64,000 nucleotides of DNA from Octopus sinensis (lineage: Eukaryota): positions 130,262,001 through 130,326,000 of the forward strand of contig NC_042998.1 of assembly GCF_006345805.1 (NCBI RefSeq), in the 5' to 3' direction. Within the stretch, counting starts at the first letter, position 1. Every line of letters begins with the position of its first letter. The position numbers and the translations under genes are program-made. The notes beneath the pieces are model-generated. The model ran no database searches. It was not told the DNA's origin and worked only from the letters and a program-made list of their open reading frames with translations. Positions 43,003 through 56,538 of the stretch are shown here, piece by piece.

Positions 43003-43197
43003 CCACGCCGGGCAAAATACTTAGTGATATTTTGTCTGTCTTTACGTTCTGAGTTCAAATTCCGCCGAGGTCAACTTTGCCTTTCATCTTTTCGGGGTCG
43101 ATAAAATAAGTATAAGTTGAGCACTGGGGTAAATGTTATCGATTTACCCCTCCTCTAAAAAAATATATATTCTTCGCTTTGTGCCCAAATTTGAAAC
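43003..43197 (+). mobile_element. SINE, family B
   Basis: GAGTTCAAATTCCGCCGAGGTCAACTTTGCCTTTCAT...CGGGGTCGATAAAATAAGTA...GAGCACTGGGG. Confidence 0.8.
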
Positions 43198-43289
43198 TAG
43201 TGTAAAGGAAGTGTTAGTAATGCAGAGGAGGTGCTATTATTTAGAATTGAAACTAATATAGAGGAAGTGCTAATCCCGACACGTACAAT

Positions 43290-43849
43290 TTGAACGAAGT
43301 ATATTTGTTGATAATAAAGTTATGTAAAATTTTGCACACGTTTTGGTGCACACCAATGCCTATATATATACTCCCGCCTTCCCCACACCCCAGCAAAACC
43401 ACACATAATCACACACCACCAAACATTCAAATCATTCACCACCATACCAGACACCACCACACCACGCACCACCCTGCACACACTAGCACCGACCACTTCC
43501 CAGCACCTACACTATCATCCACACACCTTCACATGCACACACGCTCAAGTCAATGTCGCCAGCCCATTTCCTCACAAACATACACGCGCACCTAGTGTTG
43601 GGATCACCACTACTTTATTATCTTCCCTTCTTCTTAGATCTCCTGTGTGACTCATCTGTCTGCCATTGGCCATGATAGATCACTGGCCACTAAACCTTTT
43701 CTATTTTCTCTGCCTATTTATTTTCGTGTTCTTTTCTGTCGAAGAGCCTAGGCTCGAAACGTAAAAGAGTTTCACATTTCACAAGCGTTAATCTAATGCA
43801 TCTGTTTGTTGTTTAAACACCCGTCTTCGTCTTCTGTCTTTTTAAATTC

Positions 43850-43852
<3 letters not shown>
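43290..43852 (+). mobile_element. Penelope-like pseudo-LTR/tail with degenerate hammerhead-like motif
   Basis: TCTTTT-CTGTCGA-AGAGCCTAGGCTC-GAAAC-GTA-AAAGA at about 43729-43768; its last 70 bp recur at 47185-47250; ends at (TA)n. Confidence 0.55.
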
Positions 43853-43927
<75 letters not shown>

Positions 43928-43930
<3 letters not shown>

Positions 43931-46900
43931 GATCATGAGATCGTAAAGCACGTGGCAAATCATCCCCGGACTCAAACTACAGCGGATCGATAAATGCTAC
44001 AGCAGAGACTTCTTCACGTGATGAAACTACAAGTCATGAAACTGGTGCATCGGATAATACTCAGAGGAAACCGAGGGTTTTGTGGCCTAATGAGAAAGTG
44101 AAATATAAAGAGTTTGAAAACAAGGTTTGTCGTGCTCTTTATAAAATGACAGGTTTTACAGTGGAGAAAGTGGGTAGGTTATCAAGCTCAATATACGATA
44201 TAGGAAAAGATTTATTTTGAATAAAAGAGAATATCCGACTAGAGAAAGGAAAGTGTGGACCAAGCAGGAGGATCAGAAAAATGCAGCAGTTGAGGAAGGA
44301 AAAGTCCGACTTAAGAAAGCGATGGAGATGTGCTGCACTAGATGAGAAACCTGGCCTTGCGCTGCTTATAACGATTTGAAGAGGAAATGTGGTGATGTGC
44401 AACGACATATCCGCCGATATGAACGTCGAAAGGAAAGTAAAAGGACTCGGGGGCAGTCTCTGAAGGACCCGTACGGGTTTACTAAGAGGCTGTTCACTGA
44501 ACCGAAGAGTGGTACTTTATCGTGCACTAAAGAAGAATTGGATGCTCATATCAAGGAAATCTACAGCGATCCGCACCGTAACCAGCCGCTGCCACCTCTA
44601 CAAGGGCTAAATCATCTCGCAGGACCTGATATCGAATTCCACATTGGGGACATCAGGAAAAGAGAGGTGAATGACTTCGTAAGAAAAGCTATAGTAAAGA
44701 GTGCCCAGGCGGTGATGGCGTCTCATATAATGTCTACAAGCACTGCAATCGTCTGCGAAAGAAGCTCTTCGTCCTACTCCAACAACTGTGGCGCGAGGAG
44801 ACTATAGTAGAGGATTAGTGTAAGGCAGAATGTATATACCTGCCGAAAGAGGCCAATGCAAATACCATAAAACAGTTTAGGCCGATATCCTTATTGAATG
44901 TAGAAGGCAAGATCTTTATGGGAATTCTGTCGATGAGAACAGTGACATATTTACAGAGTAACGGATATGTTGATGAATCTGTTCAAAAGGCCGGAATCCC
45001 CGGGATTCCTGGATGCGTTGAACACTGTTTTTCGATTTGGAAAGCGATCCAGGACGCCAAACAGAACAAGAAAAGTCTGAACGTGGTATGGCTCGACCTA
45101 GCTAACACGTATGGTTCAGTGCCACACGAATTACTAATAACAGCCATGGACCACTTCCACATTCCTGACAAAGTGATCAAACTATGACAGTTTCGAAATG
45201 AAGTTTACAACTGGAAATTTTACAACAAATTGGCACCGATTGGATTTTTCGGAACAAATCGCCCATGTACAATCGCCTAAGAAAGCCTTTATGGATGACG
45301 TTGACACTTCTAGCTACAGATAAACAAATCATGCAGAATGCCCTCTTGAGATTAGACGAACTTGTAAGGTGGTCAAGGATGCGATTTAGAGCAAAAAAGT
45401 CGCGTAGTCTGACATTTGTTAAGGGACTGGAGAAAGAACTTAAGTTTCGAATATCTGAAGACAGCATTCCGACAGCCAAGGAAGGGCCCGTCAAGAGCTT
45501 GGGACGAGTATACGCTGGAACATTGTCAGACAGAAGTCGTGGGATTGAAATTATGAAACAGGCCGAGGCTGGGTTATCAGCGATTGATAATTCGAAGTTA
45601 CCAGGTAAATATAAAATTTGGTGCTTGCAGTTCGGCTTGTACCCGCGACTTGCGTGGTCACTTTTAATATACGAAGTAGCATTGTCACGAGTGGAAAGCA
45701 TTGAACAAAAATGTAATGTGTTCATTAGAAACTGGCTAGGCCTACCTCGTATGTTGAACAGCTCAGCTATTTATCGTAAAAGAGGTTCGTTGCAGCTACC
45801 AATAGCATCAATAGTCGAAATATATAAGCTGGGGAAGATATGGACGGTCATGATGCTGAGAGAATCGAAGGATATGGAAATCAGGCGTAACCCACCAGAG
45901 GTGAAAACAGCCAGGAAGTGGAAAGCAGAAGCAGAAACTGACGACATCTTGTCTTCTCTTATACACAGAGATATGGTGGGAGCAACGCAGAACCATCGGA
46001 AAGGACTTGGTTTCGGCGCAGATCAGTTCAGACCGTTTGCAAGCATGATGCGGAGTGAACGCAGATCTGTTGTTAGCAACAGCGTCAAAACAGGAGAAGC
46101 AGAGAGAAGAGAGCTTCATTTGATCCGATGTGTTCATCAAGGTCAGATGACGAGATGGGAAGAACATGTTGTTGAGAGGAAGATAAGTTGGGATGAGATG
46201 TGGAAGTGGACGACATCTCGGCTGAGTTTCCTGATTCGTTCATCTTATGATGTTTTGCCATCACCTACGAATCTAGTAAGATGGAACGTCTTAGAGAATG
46301 ACATCTGCAAATGTGGAAAGGTCGGTACACTAAAACATATTCTTTCCAACTGTTCATTAGCATTGAACAGGTATACATAGAGGCACAACTTGGTCCTTAA
46401 GGTTATCTTCAATGCTATAAAGAACCAAATTCATCTCAACAACACTGAGGAAAAACCGTTGAAAGTACCATCAAGAGATTTCATTACCTTCGTGCGACCA
46501 GGTCAGCGGATCCGTTTCAAGAAGAAGATCAAGAAACTTCCTGAGAAAAATGAAAAGTGGAACGGCTATTGGGAGGTAACTGCAGATTTACCTGGGTGCT
46601 AGGTTTTCTTTCCCATCCCAGTTACGAAAAAAACAGATATTTTGATGTGGTGTGAAAGAAAGAAAGTTGTAAATATAGTCGAGCTCCTCATGAAGATAAT
46701 ATGGACGCCGTTCGGGCTCGAAAATTGAACCATTATGAAAACCTCCTCGAGGAATGTGAAGAGGCAGGCCGGAAAGCGGAACATTTTCCTATCGAAGTCG
46801 GATGTAGAGGGTTTGCTGGACACAGCGTGAGACGACTGTTGTTATCGCTAGGCCTAACTCATCGTAAAGTCAATACCACCATGACTGATATCCAATCTAC

Positions 46901-47110
46901 AGTGGAGAAGGCTAACCACTGGGTTTGGTTAAAAAGACACGATGAGCGATGGCTAGAAGTATATTGAGTTCTTCATAACCAGCTGATCTAGCAAGCGGGG
47001 CCTCATATCAGGTCAAGAGGTAGGACCCGAAACGGCGCGCATTCTCTCTTGATGAGCCCATACACTTGCTAGCTTCCGGTATACGGAGCTTTCAACAGGT
47101 AGCACTTGCA
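43928..47110 (+). mobile_element. HERO-like RLE non-LTR retrotransposon, near full length but disabled
   Basis: DPYGFTKRLF, FRPISLLNVEGKIF, QKAGIPGIPGCVEH, WLDLANTYGSVPH, AFMDD, KYKIWCLQFGLYPRLAW, SSYDVLPSPTNL, CKCGKVGTLKHILSNC, RHNLVL, FPIEVGCRGFAG, HWVWLKR; stop 46965-46967; (TA)n on both sides. Confidence 0.9.
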
Positions 47111-47255
47111 TGTGCAAGTTGTTTGCAAGACATATATATATATATATTATATATATATATATATATATAATATAGATATATATATTTCACGAGCGTTAAA
47201 CTAATGCATCTGTTTGTTGTTTACACTCCCGTCTTCATCTTTTGTCTTTTTAACT

Positions 47256-47357
<102 letters not shown>

Positions 47358-47449
47358 ATATGGGTATATATATACATATATATATACACACATATATATA
47401 TACATACCTACATATATATGTATATATACATGTATACATGGGTACAGGA

Positions 47450-47625
47450 CATTAAAAAAATCCAAAACAAAATGAGAAACGAGAGCATAAAAAACAAAAA
47501 CATAGAAAATGAACTTTTGTTCGAAAGAAACAAACAATCAGAGAAACGAGACATGCAATATAAAGAACATTCCCTTCATAAGTTGTCCCGTGTTTTATCT
47601 ACTCCGCGTTTCGAGCATATTTATA
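47450..47625 (-). mobile_element. Penelope-like tail remnant
   Basis: Minus strand GCTCGAAACGC and GGACAACTTATGAAGGG motifs, similar to the tails at 3300-3470 and 43730-43850. Confidence 0.4.
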
Positions 47626-48561
47626 CATGTGTGTACGTGTGTATGCATGTATGCATGAATTTACGAGTATGTATAGATACATATATGTATATATATAGAG
47701 AGAGAGATACATATATACGAATACGTTAACACACACACACACTCATTCACCCACATACATGCACAAGTAAACACTCAAATGTGTGTGTTAGTGTGTTTTT
47801 GCTTTAGGGTATGTTTATATTGTAGCAAACACATTTACTTTACTGCAGTGAGTAGCGATTGATAACTCAATCATCATAGAAAAGCGACAGGTGAAATTAT
47901 ACAAGGTGCTGCAGTATGACCGCTATCCACTAACTGTAAACTGTATATGAATGCAAGTGTGATTTTATATATCAGGGAAATGAAAATGAAATTCAAATTT
48001 GTGACGTTTGTAGCCTCCATTTTAATCAGAAACGTTGATGAGTAAGAGGACAGATATTGCTTGAAGTGAACATTAAATTGTGACGCGAAACATTAGCTTT
48101 GCTGAACGTCTTTCCAAAGGTAATTCGGTGCAGAATTATCGATTCCCTTACATTAGGGGAAAATGGAAGCAGGTGTATAACACAGAAAAATGGGCAGATA
48201 ATACTTTTCTCTTTCTATAGAATAATCATTAGTCGCTTTAGTGGGGGAAAAAATGGAACTACTACTCAAAGTAATTTACACGAGATTTTTACACATCAAC
48301 ATAGGAATTTAACCTCGAAACTAACATCTCCTCACTAAAAACTTTGTAGTTCAAAGCAAAAATTCAAATTTCTGTAATTTACTCCTGACTGACGGTGCTC
48401 AGAATTGTATCTTGTGGAAAATGACCATCTTTAATAAACATAATTGCATGCCATTTATATTCACATATATTGTCTAAAGTTTAACTGAGTACATAAGACT
48501 CGAATTTGTAAAGCTTGCAGACTTCAGACATCCGGTTCCAGAGATTATTTTTCATATGAAT

Positions 48562-48606
<45 letters not shown>

Positions 48607-48793
48607 GTGTGTGTGTGTGTGTGTGTGTGCGTGCGTGTGTGTGTGTGTGCGTGTGTGTGGGTGTGTGGGTGTGAGTGTGTGTGTGTGCTCGCGTGCGTGC
48701 GTTCACGTGCGCGTATACATATATGCATATATATCGTTCGTAGAAATACATGAATCTGGAGAAGCACACTCTAAGATATAGAACAGTTAATAT

Positions 48794-49208
48794 TATAATG
48801 GGGTAGGTCTATTTATGGGGTTAACGTGGGTTTCTTGCTCATTATAGGTTTAGCCTTACGGCGTATCTCCAGGACCCAAACACTGTTGGCCTGAGACCTC
48901 TTTAAAATATAGAGGGGGAAAACTTTTAAGTAGAGGTTAAATCGTTCCATATTTATGGGAGACCTATGGCTTCTCTAAACTATGTAGAAGCGCTGTGCTG
49001 GTCAATTATTTAACAGAAACCCAGTGGCTACTATGCAAAACTCTTCATATTTTAAAGAGGTCACTGTCAAAAACCCTCCCTAACTTAAAGAGACCTAAGG
49101 CCAACAGTGTTTGGGTTTCGAAGATACGCCACAAGGCTAAAACCCTTATGAGCGAGAAACACAGGGTAAACCGGTGTACCCCACTATAAACCGGCGTACC
49201 CCACTATA
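48794..49208. mobile_element. MITE with long imperfect terminal inverted repeats
   Basis: GGGTTTCTTGCTCAT...GACCCAAACACTGTTGGCCTGAGACCTCTTTAA mirrored by TTAAAGAGACCTAAGGCCAACAGTGTTTGGGT...ATGAGCGAGAAAC; both ends TA(A/G)TGGGGTA; TA flanks. Confidence 0.7.
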
Positions 49209-49329
49209 ATATGTATATATATATGTATATATATATATACGTTTATATATTTGTTGTGCAAAATTGTTTATGTGAAGTCGTGTTGAAACAGATATTGTTA
49301 TATTTCGGAATGGTCTTTTTGCCAGTTTA

Positions 49330-49676
49330 GCCAATAAAAACACACGCACTATATATTTGGTGTTATTTTGCTTCAGTGTTATTTATTTTTTACATTAATC
49401 TTAATCTTATTTCGGCTAGAGTTCTTTCGTCACACTCCTGTGACCGCATCAGTGGTCCTTTGTTTTCTTCTTTCTTATTTGTGTCTCTCCTTACTAACCT
49501 TCAGCCATTTTGTATTTCTATTATATGCCTTCATTTGCGCATGCTTATATCTCTATGTGCGTCTATGTTTATGTGACGAAAGAACTCTGGCCGAAATAAG
49601 ATTAAGATTAATGTAAAAAGTAAATAACACTGAAGCAAATTAACACCAAATATATAGTGCGTGTGTTTTTATTGGC
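49330..49676. repeat. Near-perfect 105-bp inverted repeat (49330-49434 / 49572-49676), about 137-bp spacer
   Basis: Arms align with only a few mismatches; each carries GTGACGAAAGAACTCT(G/A)GCCGAAAT. Confidence 0.9.
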
Positions 49677-50506
49677 AAAAATTGTTTGTTTGTATTCCAC
49701 CTATCTTCGTCCTTTGTTTATTTTCATAAAGCTTCCCGTTATATATATATATATACAGTTGTGTCTGGGGAGAGTCATTTTCTTTTTGTGTCTTATAATG
49801 TAACAACACAATCACCGGCAAAATTTCCACTTGTTTCTTATTTTTATTTTCCTAAAATTTTCGTTACGTCTTGCAATCTTTTCGATATTCTTAACTCTGT
49901 TCGTTATTTATACTGCGTTCCTTTTTTTGTTTGTGCGCATGTGTGTTGGTGTGTGTGTGTGTGTGTCTGTATGTGTGTGTGTGTGTGCCTATGAATGCAT
50001 GTACGTACGCATGTATGTATGTATGTATGCATGTGTGTATGTATATATGTGTCTGCATATGTATATATGCATGTATGTGTGTGCATCTGCATGTATTCTG
50101 TATATTCATGTGCTTGCATGTCCGTGTTTGTGTATTTTCTACGTATGTGTGTGTGTCTTGCAACTGTGTAACATGTTTGTATGTATGGATGTGCATCTCT
50201 ATATGTGTGGACCCGTGTCTCCATATGCGTCCTTGTGTGGAGTAAAGTGTTTGTGTATATATGGTCATGTGTTTTAGTCTCCATTTGTGTATTTATGCTT
50301 GTCTGTTCTTATAACCTATGTACCTATCCGCCTGTATGTTGACCTGTTTAATTTCATATCCATATGCTTACATACAAAAAAAATACATGTGCATACACAC
50401 GCATTCACACCCACATACACACACATACATACATCTATCTACATAACAGTCCACTAACTATTCTACTCTACCTGTGTAAACTGTGGGCATGGAGGTATGA
50501 TATCTA

Positions 50507-51030
50507 CTATTTATATTTCCTATTTAGTATTGGGGAAGTTTCATTTATAAGGACGTACTCCCGTATTTGCCTGATTGTTGGGTCTTTTGGGTGCTTGGAT
50601 AAGATGCGGATGTCAAGTTGACCCAAGTTGCCTCCAAGGTGGTCTTTGGCATGTTGGTAGAGTATAGAGGGCTGTTTCTTGTCGTCATATTGTCTCAGAT
50701 GTCCATTTAGTCGTTCCGCAATACTCCAAGATGTCTCCTCTATGTACGTCATTGTCATGTTTTTACAAGCACTTTCTATGCATCTTATGCCGTAAACTAC
50801 ATTTCGAGTTCTACAGTTAATGCAGGGCTAATCCTACATACCATGCAGTTATCATTGGAGCATATGTTTTTTTTCAAAGTGGTACGTCCTACATAGTTTT
50901 GATCTGACGGAGTTCCCTGGCTTTTCAACAATTTTAATGTTCAGTTTGGTCTCCTTCAGAGCTTTTCTAAATCTACGGGCTAATTCTCCATGGGCTGTGG
51001 CCTCTACAAACAAAATTGTCTTACATATAA
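50507..51030 (-). mobile_element. Penelope-like element 3' fragment (linker + GIY-YIG endonuclease)
   Basis: ILFVEATAHGELA, IKIVEKPG, TYIEETSWSIAERLNGH, SILYQHAKDH, REYVLINETSPILNRK. Confidence 0.8.
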
Positions 51031-51036
51031 AATATA

Positions 51037-51338
51037 GAGGACTGACCACTAAAAGGGGACAGCCTATATGCTAACCATGGACGTCAAATAGGCATATGCT
51101 AAGCATGGACCTCAAATCGGCATATACCACGAAGAATCTGTTCTCAAGAAAAAAACTCAGCAAAACACCAAAATGTAAAGATAAGCAAAACAAATGAAAA
51201 TAATTTTCATTTGTCTTGATTATTTTTACATTTTGATGTTTTGCTGAGTTTTTTCTTGAGAACAGATTCTTCGTGGTATATGGCGATTTGACGTCTATGT
51301 TTAGCATAGAGGCTGTCCCCTTTTAGTGATCAGTCCTC
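51037..51338. mobile_element. Fold-back MITE, almost entirely palindromic (GAG...CTC termini)
   Basis: GAGGACTGACCACTAAAAGGGGACAGCC ... GGCTGTCCCCTTTTAGTGATCAGTCCTC; pairing continues to the centre near 51200; TA flanks. Confidence 0.85.
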
Positions 51339-51347
51339 TACATTTTG

Positions 51348-51379
<32 letters not shown>

Positions 51380-52241
51380 TATGTAAATGTATGCATATAT
51401 TCATGTATGTGTATATGAATGCTTAAATCTACGACAATGTGTATATCTAGGTATAAATAGAAGTATAGAGTCATAATGTTAGAAATTGAATTTTAGATAA
51501 CTGGTAATAAGTTTGTGGGTATGTTAGAGTGCAATTTCAAAGAGCGTATGCGAGTTCTACAGATTTCTATGAATCTCTAACACCGTGTATATCATTCTTT
51601 CTCGGTATAAAGAGAACTGTTCAATGAGATATACACATACATACACACACACACACACATACACATAGGTGTGTATATCTGTATATGTACATATAAGTAT
51701 ATATATCTATATATGTATTTATAGACATATATATATATATATATACATATATATATAAACATATATATATATATATATGTATGTATATATATATATATGT
51801 ATATATAAATACATGTAGATGTACACCTCTATCACTACGTGCAGTTTTGTGCATGTGAGTGTGCGTGTGTGTATGTGTGCGCGTGTGTGCGCGTGCATGA
51901 AGCGATGTCAGTTACGATATTAATATCAAACCACCAGAAATGATTTAATGAAAGAATAATATTTAAAAAAACAAATAAATAAAAAAACCAAAGGGAATGT
52001 CTGTTTGATCATAAAATGATATTGCTTTTTCATCATTGAAGATTTTAGCATGATATTACTTTGAATATGAATTTCCATATGTACAGAGGTAGACAGATTC
52101 GCACACATGTTTGTGTGCACGTACGTAATTATGAATTAGTATATTTTTACTGCATCTATGTGTGCGTGTACGGAAATGCACACACTAACACATTTTTTAT
52201 GTATATCTATGTGTATCATATGTATGTTAATATATATATAT

Positions 52242-52283
<42 letters not shown>

Positions 52284-52349
52284 TATATATATGTGTGTGT
52301 ATATATTTGTATTACTATACCCCTTTATATATACATAGATATACATACC

Positions 52350-52397
<48 letters not shown>

Positions 52398-52436
52398 CAC
52401 CCACATATCCATATACATACATACAAATTTACGAAT

Positions 52437-52478
<42 letters not shown>

Positions 52479-52560
52479 CACATAAATGCATTTATATTTG
52501 CCCAATGTATGTTTACACACACTTCAACACACACAGATTTATCAGATATTATACATACAT

Positions 52561-52619
<59 letters not shown>

Positions 52620-52871
52620 GCTTTTACTCCCTTCGCTCAGGGTATGTGTATTTCAAATTTTAACATTTAATGGGGGATTCGTATAAATATTTACTATAAT
52701 TATAGGCATATACCCAAACAGGCGTACATATGTACTGCATAAAAATCTATATTAACAAATACCCTACACTTATTTCATACGCATATGCTTTTATAATTCA
52801 TATATAGCAGCACCTACATATACGTATACATATATACGTATATATAAATGCATGCATATATATATATATAA

Positions 52872-52922
<51 letters not shown>

Positions 52923-53081
52923 ATAATGGTGTATCTGTTTGTATGACTTTACACACTATACGTATACATATGAACACAACTGTATATGCATATACATACT
53001 TATATAAATGCAATTACTTACGTACATACATATACTTACACGAGCATATGTGAATATATATAATCATACACACACACACAC

Positions 53082-53134
<53 letters not shown>

Positions 53135-53676
53135 AAATACATACATACATACATGCATACAGACATATATACATACATACACACATACACACATGCAAAC
53201 ATATATACATATGCGTGTCTCTGTGTGTGCATGAAACTATAGATATAATTTTCAAGCACAATAATGTGTTAGTTATACGTGAGTATACATAAAAGTATGA
53301 TACGCAAATTACATGCCGTAAAATACGCATGAAAGAAGGAAAGTTACAAATGAATCATTGCCAATAATGTGATTGTCTAAACTTCAAACAAGCCGACGTT
53401 TCAAATCAGATTTGAATATTTTCAAAACAATAAGCACTATATCCAGTTCAATGGGTGCGACACGACTACTATACATCTACTGAAATATTTGCGGAAATAT
53501 TAGTAGTTGTAATAGTAGTGGTGTTAATTGTAGTAGCATTATCAGTGCTAGGTGTAATGCGATTTGATCGAAGTGAATTTAGAGTCATTCGCGATCAGTG
53601 TCTGCGAAATATGTTATGTAATCTTTCATTGAAAAGCATTTAGATATCAGGAACTGAATGGTTTATATATGTATAT

Positions 53677-53730
<54 letters not shown>

Positions 53731-54624
53731 CACGTTAACACATTCACACACTCACTCACACTCACAAGCACACATCCGCGCATACATACATACATACATA
53801 CATACATACATACATACATACATACATACATACATACATACATACATACATGCATATATATATATATATATATATAAATATACATATATCCTAGGGTCAT
53901 AACATGTATGGGAGATTTAGAAATATATTTACATAGTCTATTTCGTTGTTAAAATCATAGCAGTTTGGGCAAGTCATAATCAAGCTGGTTTGTTTTGCAT
54001 GTCTTTTAAAATTTTTCAGTTTTCAATTCCACGCGTGTGTTTCACATGTTGTATATGTATAGTGCATGTTCGAATGCTTGACCTGCCATTGTGTTTGTGT
54101 ATGTATTTCTTTCATAAGTGGGCCCTCACTCGGAGCCTGTTCAATTTGTATAGGATGTAGTTTACTATGCAACAATATATACGTTGAAAAAAAAATTGAA
54201 TATATGCTTTTGTTTCCAGTTTATAGTCATTGTATATATTTTTTTGCTTTTACTTATGAAAAACACTAAAATGCAAATTGAATCATTTATTGGTATGCTT
54301 CAAGTCTATCAAGTCTATTTTTTAAAGATCTGATAAAAAAATTTCCATTCAGAAAATGGCTTAAATGTATCTCATATTTTTATCGCTCTCCCCTACCGCA
54401 TATATTAAGTTAAATGTCTCCAGCAGAATTCAGACTGCAATTTCAGAAGCAATTTGTCATCACATAATCAAATGCGTCTGTCTCACATCCACAGGATAAT
54501 ACAGATACAAACCAGACATATATGATCGTACTCCCATATGCATACATACATACATACATACATACATACATACATACATTCATACATATATAAATATATA
54601 GATATAGATATACATATACACCCA

Positions 54625-54666
<42 letters not shown>

Positions 54667-56497
54667 AATTGAAGGAATGGAGTAGATAAAATCGAGGCTA
54701 CATGTGTTTCTTAGCTAGAAAGACCACGGAAGTAATAATTACTCAACGAGGTGTACTCCACTAGTTCTTTATCAGGCCGAAGATACCTTAAGCTAATTTT
54801 GTCGTCAAGGGATCTCAAGTTAACTCGCATAAGATGTAACTTAAAATGAGAGGTGAACCCGGAAAAACTGAGTGAAAAAACAAAATAGAAGAACGTGTGT
54901 ATGGAGAAATAAAAACGCCCAATCATAAACTGTATAGGAAACATACGTATATACATAGATAGACCTGTTTACAGCCCTATTGGGTTTAAAAACCTGATAG
55001 CCAACATCATTAATATGAAATCAAATCCCCACCTCTTCTAGTTTACAGCGGCTTCAAAGATATTCATTTCAATAATAAGTAGTAATTTTACACAAATCAA
55101 CATGATGAGTTATATAAATTATGAAAATCCATAAGATATTTGAAGCAAGTTCCTCTAGTCCTTTTTTCAGGCTACAAATGTAACACCAAATAGACTCTGG
55201 TTTCCATTGTAGAAAGTAGTCTATTACAATAGAGGGGTGGTTAGAAGACAAAGTGATAAATTATAAAGAGGAGGTAGTTGCATTAATAAATTTTCCCTAA
55301 AGCAGTATTTTGTCTTATTTATTTCCTAATGTTAAATCTGTAGCAAACATCTAGGACCACAAAACTATGACAGGTCAGGAACCGACTAATTTATGGAATA
55401 TAAATTATGAAGGAAGAGACGAGAAGATGAAAATATAAGTGAAAAGCGTCAAAGAGACTGAAGTTTACTACTATATATACTCTTAGAATAGTGGTTTGAT
55501 ATACTCATATAAAGTATAAAGATAATACCGAGGTACAAGTACGACTAAAATAATAATGATGAATATAATGTGCAGAATTAATGGTACAGAATACAGTTTA
55601 TGATTGTGATCAGAGAGACTTAAAGCTCATCTTAACTATATATATATTGATTAATTTCTTGAGAAATGTTTGAAGTATGAAGTCACGAGATACTGAGATC
55701 ATAATATAAACTCAAGAGTAATTAGGCAAAAGATAACAGCAAGAATCTGGACGCCACCCGGCGACGTAGTTAATTTGGATTAAGATAATCATAATTTTTA
55801 TGAAAGTTATATTGAACTATTGAGAGAAGCCGGACATAACTTCATCAAATTTAACGAATGAATTCGATTCATTTCGAAATACATTTAAGGATTTCTTTTT
55901 CCTCAACAGAAAATAATCTGCAGCTGCTTCTATCTTCATTTTACAACAGCTATAATTTAATATAAGGGACTGCTTCGTTTTGAATTCTCAAATAAATTTG
56001 GTGAACATGCGCTAAATGCTTTACTTATATAGTTAAAGGAATGGTCATAATTATTTAGACTAGCACCAATAGCGATTTATTTTATCTGGTGCCGCAACTA
56101 AATTAGTTCTAAGACATTCTTCACTTAAAGAGCACTTACCAGGATCCCAAGAGCTACATGTCATTAATTAGTTTAGTTAAAGTGTCATTGTTTACCAAAT
56201 CATTATTACTGTTACAATTAGAACTGCATGCAATCGTAACTGATGGTGTATCATATATAAATATATAAAATTAGAAATATTGCATCTCTAAACCTCTCAG
56301 AGAGACTTATGCAATAGCAGCACGATAAAATGATGGTTTGTTGCCAACTTAATGTGGTAGTCCAACGAAACGGAAGAATGCTACTGCTATTTAACTTCGG
56401 CAAACACCGTTCCCGGTTGGCTATGTGACACAAGCGTTCTGTGTCCTTGACTTTCCAAACAGGGGATATAAGCACCTCCACTCAGCAAACCCAGCAA

Positions 56498-56538
56498 CCA
56501 GAGACTAGTTTCAGAGTCATTTCTTTTCATCAGTCTGG
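56498..56538 (-). ncRNA. Minimal type-I hammerhead ribozyme, copy 1
   Basis: CCAGA-CTGATGA-AAAG-aaatga-CTCT-GAAAC-TA-GTC-TCTGG: intact catalytic core, 5-bp stem I, stem II with one mismatch, palindromic ACTAGT stem III. Confidence 0.75.

Noticed and set aside
47005-47045. Functional hammerhead in the HERO 3' UTR
   Set aside because: Core reads GTCAAGA rather than CTGANGA and no stem III/UH site is evident
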